Assembly: GCA_041483895.1 (NCBI GenBank)
Contig: JBGPGO010000006.1
Coordinates: forward strand, 32,001 to 96,000
DNA length: 64,000 nucleotides
Direction of reading: 5' to 3'
Source: Fimbriimonadia bacterium
GTDB taxonomy: Bacteria > Armatimonadota > Fimbriimonadia > Fimbriimonadales > JABRVX01
In this document: positions 1-10,305 of the stretch, one piece after another
Layout: every line of letters starts with the position of its first letter
Position numbering within the stretch: the first letter of the stretch is position 1
Made by a program: the position numbers and the translations under genes
The notes under the pieces: model-generated
What the model was told of the DNA's origin: nothing
Databases searched by the model: none
The model's input: the letters and a program-made list of their open reading frames with translations, nothing else

Positions 1-966
1 GATCATTTGGCCACTCGAAATCCCCTGGTCCAGCAGCTGCAAGAACGGCGACTGCTGCTCCGCGATCGGATCGATGTCCATCGCTTCCACCCAACCGCGC
101 AGTGAAGTCCCGGTGGCGACCAGCACGCGCAGATTGCCGGTCAACGCTACGCCGCTCGGACCAACGATCATAATCGTTGAATTATTTACATCCGGCATGA
201 AGAGCGGATTCACATTGCCCATGTGATAGCCCTTGAACTCCATATCGGGCATGATCAGTTGCGCCCCCATCAGAAAGTTGTCGTTGAACGGCATCCCGTT
301 CTGATGGAATCCACCGAGGGCCGCGGGCGCAAACTGTTTGATTTTGCGATCCATGGAATCATAGTAATAATCGTGATTCGGATCTTCGGTGGTAGTCCCA
401 GTCGGCTTGCCCGGATTAAGGAGACTACCTATAATGGAACACCAACGCGCCATCTGCAATGCGTCCCTGCCATTGTTTGTGTCCTTGTCATACATCGCAA
501 ACCACTGCATGCAGAGCGCGTCATCCGCCTTGAGGGCCTGGCGGGCCGCCGCCATCGCATTCGCCTCAGCCTCGGCGGGAGTTTTCCCCTTCCCAACTAC
601 CGCATGAAGGTCCTGCTCCTCGATTCGGGCCCAATATTCCGTTAGATCGAAGTAGTACTGCCCGTATCGAATCTGCGACGCACTGGTCCAGTCACGGATG
701 GATGACTTCGATTTATTGAACTTGGTGGAGACTTTGATCTTCCGAAGGTGACAGGCCCACGTGCCGTCGTCCTGATCTGTCGGTGTGCTTGTCTCGTAGC
801 TGACTTCCATTTCGGTGGTCACGGAGACATCCTTGCCATCGGGCGGCGTTCCGCCCCAAAAATCTCCTCCCCCTATCTTGCCGTAGTCTTCGTAATAGTC
901 GGCCGATGCGCCGGACGCGCAGAACAGCACAAATCCGAACGGTAACAATTTTATGATTCGATGCAT
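1..966 (-). CDS. Secreted hypothetical protein (partial, runs off the left edge)
   Basis: Not in the ORF track. Manual translation from ATG 966 (SD-like AGAGGTG upstream) gives MHRIIKLLPFGFVLFCASGASADYYEDYGK..., a signal peptide, and the frame stays open to position 1. Confidence 0.8.
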   Translation of the reverse strand, partial: MHRIIKLLPFGFVLFCASGASADYYEDYGKIGGGDFWGGTPPDGKDVSVTTEMEVSYETSTPTDQDDGTWACHLRKIKVSTKFNKSKSSIRDWTSASQIRYGQYYFDLTEYWARIEEQDLHAVVGKGKTPAEAEANAMAAARQALKADDALCMQWFAMYDKDTNNGRDALQMARWCSIIGSLLNPGKPTGTTTEDPNHDYYYDSMDRKIKQFAPAALGGFHQNGMPFNDNFLMGAQLIMPDMEFKGYHMGNVNPLFMPDVNNSTIMIVGPSGVALTGNLRVLVATGTSLRGWVEAMDIDPIAEQQSPFLQLLDQGISSGQMI

Positions 967-1035
967 TTCAATCACCTCTTATTTTGCAATCACAATCAAT
1001 AGGAGGCCCAATAGGAAGAAACCGTTGCACGGCGG

Positions 1036-3414
1036 TCAGGAAGAAGAAGGTTCGAGCGCAGTAAGCTCTCCGAGAATTCGAATCGCCTCCTGCTTATTCA
1101 AGAAATCGTTACGACTCGCACATTGCGGCAAGAGCAGACAGGCCGGGCAGCCATCCTTGCACGGGCAGTCCTTTAGGGATTCGAGGGCGAGCGCAAACCA
1201 TTCTTGCGCCCGCTGAAAGCCCGCCTCGCAGATCCCCACCCCGCCCGGCACATCATCGAACAAAAACAGCGCCGGCGCAAGAGTCTGGTGATGCGCCACA
1301 TACCACGAGCTGCCGATATCGCGCCGATCGCAGCCCGTCAACACCGGCAGCGATGTGAGCAGCGCATGCTCGACCGCATGTACGCCACTGCCAAATCTCT
1401 CCAACGCCTCCTCTCCGCCTGGAGGGTGACGCTCCGTCGTCGCCGAGCTTTCGGTCGCAAACGGCGACGACGGAGCGTCACCCTCCAGCGGCGGCCATAT
1501 GAGCCACACACCCAGCGTGTCAAACGACCGCTGCGGCAGGTCCAAGTACTCGTAGCCCTGATACTCTTCGGTAAACAGCGACCGCTTCGTAAATCCCATC
1601 ACCTGCTGCGTAACCGTCAGGCTGCCAAAGAAAATCTTCGCGGGCCCGGCCTTCGATTCGGTGACGGAAACCTGCACATCCAACCCGGTCTCCGTATGCG
1701 CCTCCGTGTAATAGTTGACCTGCGTCCCGTTTGCATACGCGGTGGTGGCATCGATATCCAATCGCTCGATCAGATACTGCCTGCCGCGATGGAGATAGGT
1801 CGCGCCGGGATGGATAGTCTGAAACGCGCGCGCCTCCTCCACCGACGCCAGCCGCTGAAAGCTGCCCTCGACCAAGATATCGTATGTCACGCCCGACGCG
1901 CTGCGAATATCGATGTCCGCCGCCGGGTTCCGATTGTCCGGGCAGAACACACGCCCGTATCGCGCCTCTAGCATTCCGCTCTCCACCAAATCCTCCATCA
2001 CCTTGGCGGCCTCCGGCGGAAACCACGCCAATTCATCATCCGTCAGCGGCCGTTCGTAGGCAGCGCATCGCAGTTGCTGCGCGAGAATATACGGGTTGCC
2101 GGGGTTGGCCTGCGCGTGCTCGTGTGCGGCGTTGAGAAGCAGTTCCGGGTTGCGCACCATGTGCTGCTCAAGCGGATCGTTATGTGCGACGTAAAAAGCG
2201 GCCGATTCCTGCTGCCCGCGCCCTGCCCTGCCCGCCTGCTGCCAAAGGCTGGAAATGCTGCCCGGAAATCCGTTGAGAATCGCCGCGTCCAACCCGCCGA
2301 CATCAATCCCCAATTCCAAAGCATTGGTCGCAGTCACACCGATCAGGTCTCCGCCAAACAGCCGCCGCTCGATCTGCCGCCTCTCTTCCGGCGTGTAACC
2401 ACCCCGATAGGATTCGACTCGGTTCGCCAACTCCGGCGCCTTCTCTCCCAACAGCGATCGTGTGTATCGCAAAACCAGCTCGGCGGAAACTCGAGCGCGC
2501 ACAAAAGCGATGGACCTGATCCCCTCCATCACCAGGCTGGCAAATAGCTCGGTCGCTTCGCTGTTGGCGCTTCTCCTCTCACCGCCTTCGCCAATCAGCG
2601 GCGGGTTCCAGATGATAAATCGACGAAATCCCTTCGGCGCGCCATCGTTGGAGATCACCTCGCAATCCCTGCCGGTAATCGCCTTGGCCAGTTCCGCGGG
2701 GTTGCCGATTGTGGCGGAGCAGCAGACGACGCGCGGCGGCTCCGTCCCAAGGCTGGCGCACAAGCGGAAAAGCCGCCGCAAAATATTGCCAACATGGCAG
2801 CCGAAAACGCCGCGATACACATGAAGCTCATCGACCACAACATATTTCAGGTTCCGCAAAAATTCGAGCCAATAGTTGTAGGAAGGCAGGATTCCCACAT
2901 GCATCATGTCCGGATTGGTCAACACGATGTGGGCTGATTTTCGTATGGCGGAACGCTGGGCTTTCGGCGTGTCTCCATCATAGGTGGCAAATCGAAGACG
3001 ATTGCCAAGATCGAATTGGGCCAGTTTTCCGAGTTGGTCCTGAGCCAGCGCCTTGGTCGGAAAGATGTAGAGGGCCCGTGTCGATGGGTGATCGAGAACA
3101 GATTGCAGGACCGGAAGATTGTACGTTAGGGTCTTCCCGCTCGCGGTAGAAGTTAGGACGACGACGTCGCTACCGGCCCGCACCGAATTCCAAGCATCGT
3201 CTTGGTGACTGTAGAGCGAAGTGATGTTCTGCCTTCGAAGCGATTCGTTCAGATCATCATGCAAATCGACCGGAAACTCCCGATAGTCGCCAAGCGTGCT
3301 TTCCCGCAACTGCTCGAACGCGATCTGCCCTTTGTAATCGCCGGAGTTCCGCATCCGCTTCAGGAACTCTTCGATGGCGCTGTGTCCAATGACCTCTTGC
3401 GGTCGCTCTTGCAT
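1036..3414 (-). CDS. DEAD/DEAH-box helicase with C-terminal DUF1998 Zn domain (Hrq1/MrfA/SftH family)
   Basis: TASGKT, PTKALAQDQ, DELH, SAT, QQAGRAGR and C-terminal CPCKDGCPAC..C. Start moved to ATG 3414, which overlaps the tatC stop (TGATG). Confidence 0.92.
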   Translation of the reverse strand: MQERPQEVIGHSAIEEFLKRMRNSGDYKGQIAFEQLRESTLGDYREFPVDLHDDLNESLRRQNITSLYSHQDDAWNSVRAGSDVVVLTSTASGKTLTYNLPVLQSVLDHPSTRALYIFPTKALAQDQLGKLAQFDLGNRLRFATYDGDTPKAQRSAIRKSAHIVLTNPDMMHVGILPSYNYWLEFLRNLKYVVVDELHVYRGVFGCHVGNILRRLFRLCASLGTEPPRVVCCSATIGNPAELAKAITGRDCEVISNDGAPKGFRRFIIWNPPLIGEGGERRSANSEATELFASLVMEGIRSIAFVRARVSAELVLRYTRSLLGEKAPELANRVESYRGGYTPEERRQIERRLFGGDLIGVTATNALELGIDVGGLDAAILNGFPGSISSLWQQAGRAGRGQQESAAFYVAHNDPLEQHMVRNPELLLNAAHEHAQANPGNPYILAQQLRCAAYERPLTDDELAWFPPEAAKVMEDLVESGMLEARYGRVFCPDNRNPAADIDIRSASGVTYDILVEGSFQRLASVEEARAFQTIHPGATYLHRGRQYLIERLDIDATTAYANGTQVNYYTEAHTETGLDVQVSVTESKAGPAKIFFGSLTVTQQVMGFTKRSLFTEEYQGYEYLDLPQRSFDTLGVWLIWPPLEGDAPSSPFATESSATTERHPPGGEEALERFGSGVHAVEHALLTSLPVLTGCDRRDIGSSWYVAHHQTLAPALFLFDDVPGGVGICEAGFQRAQEWFALALESLKDCPCKDGCPACLLLPQCASRNDFLNKQEAIRILGELTALEPSSS

Positions 3415-4211
3415 CAGTCGGCCGACGCGCGTTTTCGGTCCGCCCGGCGTATCATACGCAGCACGGCGACGGTTCCAAAGTACAGGAAGACCAGGGGGAA
3501 GAACAGCATCAGCATCGAGAAGGCGTCGCCAGATGGTGTCAAGACCATCGCCGCCACCGCCATGACAACGAGTGCCTGGCGCCAATACTTCCACAGCATG
3601 TCGTCGCTGATAATGCGGAGCTTGGCAAGGGTAACCAAAATGATCGGCAATTGGAAACCCACCCCAAAGGCGAGGAACATCTTCAGGACAAAGCTGACAT
3701 AATCTTTCGGGTCTTGGAACAATTTCGCATCCGAGAAATCACTTAGAAAACTCAAAAACCACTTGAACCCCGCAGGCAAAATGAACCACGCCAACGCGAC
3801 TCCCCCGAAGAAGAGAACCACTGAAACGGGACCGACAATCTGCATCGCCTTTCGTTCGTTCGGGCGCAGGCCGGGTTTTACGAATCCCCAAAGCTGCAAG
3901 ACAAGGAATGGAGCGGTGAGGATCAGACTGATAACGAGCCCGAGACTGAAGCGCAGGAAAAACGGCGCGGCGAAACTCCGAAAGACAATTTCCAATCCGC
4001 CTGGATTTGTCATCGCCGCCACTCGCAATGGGGCCGCCAAAGCTCGATAGACGTATGGCTCGACAAGATACCCGGCGATCCAGCCGATCCCGATGACAAA
4101 AACGCTCCGAAGGACCCGCGTCCGAAGTTCATCAAGGTGCTCAACAAGGGTCGCGCGAACCTCACCCGTCTCTTCCGCTCGCTCAATCTCCGCCGGCGCG
4201 TCTACCGCCAT
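3414..4211 (-). CDS. tatC: Twin-arginine translocase subunit TatC
   Basis: TLVEHLDELRTR, QLWGFVKPGL..NE, FGVGFQLP and TPSGD motifs; about 6 TM segments. Confidence 0.95.
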   Translation of the reverse strand: MAVDAPAEIERAEETGEVRATLVEHLDELRTRVLRSVFVIGIGWIAGYLVEPYVYRALAAPLRVAAMTNPGGLEIVFRSFAAPFFLRFSLGLVISLILTAPFLVLQLWGFVKPGLRPNERKAMQIVGPVSVVLFFGGVALAWFILPAGFKWFLSFLSDFSDAKLFQDPKDYVSFVLKMFLAFGVGFQLPIILVTLAKLRIISDDMLWKYWRQALVVMAVAAMVLTPSGDAFSMLMLFFPLVFLYFGTVAVLRMIRRADRKRASAD

Positions 4212-4220
4212 GCCAACGCC

Positions 4221-5618
4221 CTACTGCTTCAACAGCATATTGACTCGATACCGGATCCGGATTTTGCCTTCGAGCCCGCCGCCCGTTCCAAATCCGCCAC
4301 CACCGATCGAAGGATCTTGGCCGCCGCCACCGCCACCGCGCAGACCCGAAGGAGGTGCAACCCCCGCTCCGCCGCCGCCGGGCGCTAAACCGCCACCGCC
4401 GCGGCCGCCCCTACCACCGCCGCCCCCAGGAGCCAAACCAGCGCCGCCCGGCGCGCCGCCGCCCCCGCTGATATCGGCTCCGCCGGAAGCCGCAAGGCCC
4501 TCTACTGTATACACAGCGTCGCTCCGCACGACCGTTCCCATGTCCACTGCCAGCCAAACGTCTTGCTTGTACTCCACAGATGGGTCGGCGAATGAGGATC
4601 CCGCGACGTCAAGCGGGTGGCTGCTTTTCGGCGGCTTGCCCAATTTGAATTCATATTGAATGTGGGCGCACGGATGGTCCTGTTCCCACTCATAGCCAAC
4701 CAGCCGGCCGCTGACCGGGTTTTTGTTGTACTCTAATACGTCGTCCGCTCGCCAATAGCCGTGATATTTGAGAAGGAATTTTGCGGTCGCGGCCCAGGAA
4801 TCCCCGACCTTGTGGGCCTCAAACGGAAGCTGCGGCAGCGGCAGATAGATCCCGAAATTGTTCCGGCTGACTCCCCCTTGCAGAGGATCGTTCCAACTGA
4901 AGGAAGCGAAGTACTCCTCCGCGCCGGTTGTTGTCATTTCCACGTAGAACGGAATGATCTGCTTGGCATCCACCACATCCAAGCCGCCCTCCCGGTTCTG
5001 GAAAACCACTTTGCCCGACGGACCGATAACCGGCTGGATGCGAATCAGCCCGTTCCCGGACGGGTAAACATTGTCAATGGCGTACTGGAGGTCGAATTCG
5101 TCGTCGATCAGGACCTGCTCCGCCGCGGTTCCTCCCCGTTTCTCCTCGGCTTCCGATATGCTCAGGAGCGATGTTGTCGAGTGAATGTCATACACCCACA
5201 ACCTGCCCTGCGTAAACCTATAGCGCAGGTTGCGGCCGTCGGCAGGCACAGTGACTTGAGCGACGTTCGCAATCGTGACATTGACCTTGCTGCGATCCAA
5301 AATTGTGGTCTTGGCGCCCTGCGTGCCATGCAGAACCGCCTCGATGACGCACGGCCCATCCTTGAGTCCCCGCTTCTTTGTGTCCAGCGGATACTGGTAC
5401 ATGTTGCCCTTGACCTCGGGCAGCGTCGCCTCGATGAACTGCCCATTGACCCAGAAGGAGATGTAGCCGCCCGCAGGCACGCTGTTTTTCGGAATTTGGA
5501 TATTCACGATCTCCCGGACACGGGCGCCTTCCGCCGGCCGCACGATCGTGAACGGGGCCTGCGCCATCGCCATGCCGTACAGACCCGCCGCTAGCACTAT
5601 CGTTCCAATTGTTCTCAC
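4221..5618 (-). CDS. Secreted hypothetical protein with Ig-like N-terminus and long Gly-rich insert
   Basis: Likely GTG start at 5618 behind GGGAGGG; signal peptide MRTIGTIVLAAGLYGMAMAQ; poly-Gly/Pro tract near the C-terminus. Confidence 0.7.
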   Translation of the reverse strand: MRTIGTIVLAAGLYGMAMAQAPFTIVRPAEGARVREIVNIQIPKNSVPAGGYISFWVNGQFIEATLPEVKGNMYQYPLDTKKRGLKDGPCVIEAVLHGTQGAKTTILDRSKVNVTIANVAQVTVPADGRNLRYRFTQGRLWVYDIHSTTSLLSISEAEEKRGGTAAEQVLIDDEFDLQYAIDNVYPSGNGLIRIQPVIGPSGKVVFQNREGGLDVVDAKQIIPFYVEMTTTGAEEYFASFSWNDPLQGGVSRNNFGIYLPLPQLPFEAHKVGDSWAATAKFLLKYHGYWRADDVLEYNKNPVSGRLVGYEWEQDHPCAHIQYEFKLGKPPKSSHPLDVAGSSFADPSVEYKQDVWLAVDMGTVVRSDAVYTVEGLAASGGADISGGGGAPGGAGLAPGGGGGRGGRGGGGLAPGGGGAGVAPPSGLRGGGGGGQDPSIGGGGFGTGGGLEGKIRIRYRVNMLLKQ

Positions 5619-5721
5619 TGAACGGTCCCTCCCACTGGTTGACAAAACTCTACCTTCTTCCGTCCGCGAAGTCAAGCTACAACCAAAGACGGATAAATTG
5701 CGCTTCCGGATCATTCCCCCG

Positions 5722-5751
5722 TATAGGTCATATAAGTCCTATAGGTCCTAT
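5722..5751. repeat. Short 9-bp tandem repeat (TATAGGTCC-like, about 3.3 copies)
   Basis: tataggtca tataagtcc tataggtcc tat, overlapping the methyltransferase stop. Confidence 0.7.
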
Positions 5752-6374
5752 TTCTTAAGAGACACCGCCAGCCCATCCCGAACCGGCAGGATCGTGGTCC
5801 AGAAGCCCGGGTCCTCATACGCCATCTTCGTATACCGCAAAATTGCCTGGGTCGTCGCGTCTGGGTTCGGCTCGGCCACCCGCCCGCTCCACAGCACATT
5901 ATCGGTGATGATCAGCCCCCCGGGCCGCAGCTTCGGCTTGGCGCACTCCAGGGCCTCCGGGTACCCATCCTTATCTACGTCTATTAATATGATATCGTAT
6001 GGACCGTCATAGCGCCGCAAGATCTCCATCGCGTTCCCGACCTCAAAGGTCACACGGTCCGCCAGCCCCGCCCGGCCCAAATAGTCCTTGGCCTTTGCGC
6101 TGTTCCCCGCATCGCCGTCTGTGTGGACGATGCGCCCCTCCGGCCCGGTGGCGAGGGCGAACCAGAAGGTGGAATAGCCGTAGCCGGACCCCATCTCGAA
6201 AATCCGCCGGGCGTCAATCGCCAGGGCGTACTGGTGCAAAATCCGCCCGCACAATGGGCCGATTATCGGGAAATTCTTCTCCTCCGCCACCCGCTCCATC
6301 TCCTGCAGAATCGGATGCTCCGTCGGCGCCAGGGTCTTCATATATCGGTCGACATCGGGGGTTGTGATGGTCAT
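5748..6374 (-). CDS. Class I SAM-dependent O-methyltransferase (CCoAOMT/YrrM-like)
   Basis: EMGSGYGYS SAM motif, YDIILIDVDK, GGLIITDNVLW. Confidence 0.9.
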   Translation of the reverse strand: MTITTPDVDRYMKTLAPTEHPILQEMERVAEEKNFPIIGPLCGRILHQYALAIDARRIFEMGSGYGYSTFWFALATGPEGRIVHTDGDAGNSAKAKDYLGRAGLADRVTFEVGNAMEILRRYDGPYDIILIDVDKDGYPEALECAKPKLRPGGLIITDNVLWSGRVAEPNPDATTQAILRYTKMAYEDPGFWTTILPVRDGLAVSLKK

Positions 6375-6430
6375 GTTCTATCTCTTCGACCCGCCGCCGC
6401 CGCCAACCTTCCAACCAAATCCCAGTGCGG

Positions 6431-6482
6431 TGCCTTCCAGGCGGCTTCTTACGAATTCCCGTAACGCTGCCTTCCAGGCGGC
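6431..6482 (+). repeat. Two copies of a REP-like hairpin TGCCTTCCAGGCGGC (related copy at 35112-35133)
   Basis: Exact 15-mer at 6431-6445 and 6468-6482; GTAACGCCGGCTTCCAGCCGGC next to tRNA-Leu. Confidence 0.65.
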
Positions 6483-6624
6483 ATCCGCTTTTCGAGGCCT
6501 AACGATTTGATTATCCGGGATAGCAGGCATAAGGGTATACTCGCGCGCACCAAATCGTCTCTGATATAATACGATCGTCTCGCTTGGTATTCTGCAGGGA
6601 GAACGGCGGTAAAGGAGCAAAACG

Positions 6625-8043
6625 ATGTCAGAAATCACAATCAATCGCAATGACGGCACCCGAACAGGCATTGACGAATCAGCCCTCGCAGCCCTCCAAT
6701 CAAAGTTGAAGGGCAAACTGCTCACGTCCGGCGCATCCGGCTACGACGAAGCGCGAACCGTTTGGAACGCGATGATCGACAGGCGGCCTGCCCTCATCGC
6801 GCAGTGCGCGAACGCAGAAGATATCTGCCAAGCCGTCACTTTTGCGGCATCCAAAAAGCTGATGCTGGCCGTGCGCGGAGGGGGACACAATATCGCCGGC
6901 AACTCTGTGTGCGACGGCGGCATGATGATCGACCTAACACTCATGAATTCCGTCCAGGTAGACGTTCAAAACCGGACTGCGCGCGTCGGTCCCGGTGCAA
7001 ACCTCGGCGTCATCGACCAGGCAACCCAGGCGCACGGACTTGCCACGCCGCTTGGCATCAACTCCACCACCGGCATCTCCGGCCTGACCCTCGGCGGCGG
7101 GTTCGGGTGGCTAAGCCGACGCTACGGGCTCACCATCGACAACTTGATTTCGGCCGAAGTGATAGGAGCGGACGGGACGAAGCGAACCGCTTCCGCGACC
7201 GAAAACCCGGATCTGTTCTGGGCAATTCGCGGTGGCGGCGGCAATTTCGGCGTCGTCTCTTCCTTCACATTCCGCCTTCACGAAGTCGGCCCCGAAGTGC
7301 TTTCCGGCCTCATCGTCCATCCGTTCGAGCAGGCAGGCGAACTGCTGCGATTCTATCGAGACTTCGTACCATCGCTGCCGAAGGAGGCCGCGGTCTGGGT
7401 CGTCATGCGCGACGCCCCGCCACTACCATTTTTGCCGGAAGAATGGCACGGTAAGAAAGTTCTGGTCTTCGCCGCCTGCTCGTCGGGCGATTTCGCCCAG
7501 ACGGAAAAGGCGTTGGCGCCGTTGCGTTCGTTTGGCAAACCGATTGCGGACGTCATCGGCCCGCACCCATACGTCGGCTTCCAAACCGCCTTCGATCCGC
7601 TGCTCGCCCCGGGCTATCGGAACTACTGGAAGACCCACAACTTTACGGAGCTGACCGATGGGCTGTTCGACGTGTTTGTCAAACAGATCAATGCGATGCC
7701 GGGTCACGATTCGGAGATATTTTTTGGGCAGCTTGGCGGCGCTATCAACGAGGTCCCCGTCAACGCGACTGCATACAGCGCCCGCAACATCGAATATGTG
7801 ATGAACGTTCATAGCCGGTGGAACTCGCCAGCGGACGATGAAAAGGGCATCCAGTGGGCTCGCGATATCTTTGCCCAGGCGAAACCATACGCGGTGCAAG
7901 GCGGATACGTCAACTTCATGACCGAAGACGAGGGCGACCGAATCGAGTCCGTATATGGTCCGAACTACCAAAGGCTGAGGGAACTAAAGAAGAAATACGA
8001 TCCCAGCAATCTGTTCCGGATGAATCAAAACATCAAGCCGTAA
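6625..8043 (+). CDS. FAD-binding oxidoreductase, berberine-bridge-enzyme/VAO family
   Basis: RGGGHN covalent-FAD motif, GLTLGGGFGW, C-terminal BBE motif YVNF...LKKKYDPSNLF. Confidence 0.92.
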   Translation: MSEITINRNDGTRTGIDESALAALQSKLKGKLLTSGASGYDEARTVWNAMIDRRPALIAQCANAEDICQAVTFAASKKLMLAVRGGGHNIAGNSVCDGGMMIDLTLMNSVQVDVQNRTARVGPGANLGVIDQATQAHGLATPLGINSTTGISGLTLGGGFGWLSRRYGLTIDNLISAEVIGADGTKRTASATENPDLFWAIRGGGGNFGVVSSFTFRLHEVGPEVLSGLIVHPFEQAGELLRFYRDFVPSLPKEAAVWVVMRDAPPLPFLPEEWHGKKVLVFAACSSGDFAQTEKALAPLRSFGKPIADVIGPHPYVGFQTAFDPLLAPGYRNYWKTHNFTELTDGLFDVFVKQINAMPGHDSEIFFGQLGGAINEVPVNATAYSARNIEYVMNVHSRWNSPADDEKGIQWARDIFAQAKPYAVQGGYVNFMTEDEGDRIESVYGPNYQRLRELKKKYDPSNLFRMNQNIKP

Positions 8044-8062
8044 CAGAAGGGAAAATGAGGAC

Positions 8063-8523
8063 GATGTGTTGGGGTTCTCGACAGCCGATACCCCCGGCCC
8101 GCCGAAACCAAAGACCCCAACACGAGATAAAGAGGGGTGATGTGTTGGGGTCCACTAAGACGTCACCCTGAGCTTGTCGAAGGGTCCCTCTCTAGATGCG
8201 TCGTGGTTTGTGAAGAGTGGACGATGTGTTGGGGTTCACGTCCGCCGATACCCCCCGCCCGCCGATACCCAAGACCCCAACACAAAAAGCCGCGATGTGT
8301 TGGGGTACTCGCCCGCCGATATCCCCGGCCCGCCGAAACCAAAGACCCCAACACAAAAAGCCGCGATGTGTTGGGGTACTCGCCCGCCGATATCCCCGGC
8401 CCGCCGAAACCAAAGACCCCAACACGAGATAAAGAGGGGTGATGTGTTGGGGTTCTCGACAGCCGATATCCCCGGCCCGCCGAAACCAAAGACCCCAACA
8501 CGAGATAAAGAGGGGTGATGTGT
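8063..8523 (+). repeat. Tandem array of about 61-bp hairpin REP-like units (GATGTGTTGGGG...GACCCCAACAC) with an embedded CGTC-type REP
   Basis: Full units at 8063, 8223, 8294, 8365, 8441; partial units at 8139 and 8517; linkers AAAAAGCCGC or GAGATAAAGAGGGGT; GTCACCCTGAGCTTGTCGAAGGG at 8162-8184. Confidence 0.9.
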
Positions 8524-10256
8524 TAAGCCCTCGTCACCGGCTTCGATCGGATTGCCGATCGGAAATAGAGCCAGGCGGCCAGCAGCAACAGTACGCCCGT
8601 TCCCGAAAAGCTGAGCGCCAAATAGCCTTCGCCCATCATCGGCAGGTCGGAAAGCAGCAGTTTCGCCGCCGCCAGCGCAAACAGGGAGATACCGGACCAG
8701 CGCACTGCCGGGTTCATCTTGCCCGCCCCAAATCCGATGAGGCCGAGACCCCACAGCGCCCAAACAATGCTCAACATCGCTTGCGCCAGCAGTTTGTCGT
8801 GCCGCAGTTCGGAGAAATAATCCCAGACCTCCATGCTGGACGCCAAGAGGCCCAACCCGTTCGCAAATACGGCGTAGATCACGGTCATTCGCCGATTAAT
8901 CTCGCGATGGCCCTGAATAAAGAAAACACACATCGCCGTCGCCGCGATATACGCAACGAGCCGATCATTGAACCAAGGATGCCATTGCGCAAAGCTGTCA
9001 ATGAATAGCATCCGGGTGATGGTCAAAGCCGACAAGACCAGCGCGGCAATCACGGCCCGCTGATGGGCCAGCCGGAATCCGATCCACAGCACGGCGCACG
9101 ATTCCGCCGCCCAGAAAATGGTCGGGACAGCGCCGGAGAACTGCACCGGGAACGCGATCGTGAGCAGAGTCACCCCGATCCCATAGCCCAACAGCGTCAG
9201 AGTCTCCAACTTTGGCCGCGTCTGTCGCAGGGTCCAGCCAAGGCCGAAGAAGAAAACGGCGAGCGAGAAAGTGAAGGATCCGAAATAGGGCTGCCAATCG
9301 ACTTTCAAGAACAGGAGACCCCAACATCCCAAGAAGTAAAATGCCCCGGTCAGAAAGAAAACGGCAATCTCCCAGTCATGCTCCTTCTCCGGCTCACGCG
9401 CTGCGGAAAAGCACGATGCCGCAAGGAATTCCAGGAAGTAGAGCGTCATGAAGATGAACAGCGGCTGGTCCATCGCCGACGACTCCGGCACGAAACGAGG
9501 CGCGATGTGCGCGATGCCGCATGCCGTCGCCGCGATCAGCGAGGAAAGCGTGAATGCGGGCCAGCTCTGCCGAATGGCCACGCCGAGGACCCCCGCGTTG
9601 AGCACCAACAGATAGATCAGGAAAAGCTGCTCCTGCTTGTCGGCAACACCCAGCACGTATGCCGTCGTGTAGCCGCCAATCGTCGCCAAGACCGCCGTCA
9701 GCAGCGCATTTCTCCAGATCGCGAGACCCATCGCGCCGGCCGTGACGAGCGACGTGAAAACGATCCCCTGAACATCGGTCAGCGCGGCATAGCGCAGCCA
9801 TCCGTAGTAGAGCGCCACATAAATAAGGGCCAATCCGCCGCCGTGGAGCAGGTGCCCAAATCGGGCATAGATGCCACGCGCCGCTTCCCCGGCCAACATC
9901 AAAAGCAGCCCCGCCGCGACCCCCACCGCCATGCCGGCCGTCGCGGTCAGCACCTTCGTCTCCACCGACCAATGCAAGAAGTATCCGAGTCCCGCGAAGA
10001 GGGCCGCGATCGCGAAATATCCGAGCACCAGCGCGGTCAGCTCCGTGTTCTCTTGTTGCGCCGGCTGGGGTACGGGGGCGGGCGTTTTCGGCAGTGGAGG
10101 AGGCGCGATAAATACGGGCTGCTCGGCCCTCGGCTGCCGCGTGATCTTGGCCGCCCAGGCCGGTCGCTCGGGATAGAGCGCGCTCTCGATTCGCTTCAGA
10201 CGTTCGTCGAGGCGCTCAAGAAATTCGAGGATCCGATCTTCCTTCTCCTCGGCCAT
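8523..10256 (-). CDS. DUF2339-type predicted multi-pass membrane protein
   Basis: N-terminal coiled coil and Pro linker, many TM helices, AVLATIGGY, C-terminal KLLLSDL...SFSGTGVLLL..AWLY. Confidence 0.8.
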   Translation of the reverse strand: MAEEKEDRILEFLERLDERLKRIESALYPERPAWAAKITRQPRAEQPVFIAPPPLPKTPAPVPQPAQQENTELTALVLGYFAIAALFAGLGYFLHWSVETKVLTATAGMAVGVAAGLLLMLAGEAARGIYARFGHLLHGGGLALIYVALYYGWLRYAALTDVQGIVFTSLVTAGAMGLAIWRNALLTAVLATIGGYTTAYVLGVADKQEQLFLIYLLVLNAGVLGVAIRQSWPAFTLSSLIAATACGIAHIAPRFVPESSAMDQPLFIFMTLYFLEFLAASCFSAAREPEKEHDWEIAVFFLTGAFYFLGCWGLLFLKVDWQPYFGSFTFSLAVFFFGLGWTLRQTRPKLETLTLLGYGIGVTLLTIAFPVQFSGAVPTIFWAAESCAVLWIGFRLAHQRAVIAALVLSALTITRMLFIDSFAQWHPWFNDRLVAYIAATAMCVFFIQGHREINRRMTVIYAVFANGLGLLASSMEVWDYFSELRHDKLLAQAMLSIVWALWGLGLIGFGAGKMNPAVRWSGISLFALAAAKLLLSDLPMMGEGYLALSFSGTGVLLLLAAWLYFRSAIRSKPVTRA

Positions 10257-10305
10257 GCTTCATTGTAGCTGATATCACGCAGCAGCCACCAAAGACCCCA
10301 CCGCT

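Noticed and set aside
1036..3594. DISARM/Druantia-type defence system suggested by the DUF1998 helicase
   Set aside because: A single fused Hrq1/MrfA-type repair helicase coupled to tatC; no methylase, PLD or other drm genes
5748..8043. O-methyltransferase + BBE oxidase as a secondary-metabolite cluster
   Set aside because: Both are common stand-alone families and no scaffold-building enzyme lies nearby
8063..8523. CRISPR array
   Set aside because: Units are about 61 bp with 10-15 bp linkers that are themselves repeated; there are no unique spacers and no cas genes
8137..8763. Repetitive ORFs (MCWG.../PPKPKTPT) over the repeat array, and similar ones at 10216-10500, 25491-26032 and 57707-58051
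   Set aside because: Translations of non-coding repeats in several frames, with no RBS or domain signal
9063..10268. Long antisense or shadow ORFs (also 21132-22310, 39076-40176, 49862-50974, 56567-57649)
   Set aside because: They overlap well-supported genes and are expected in high-GC DNA
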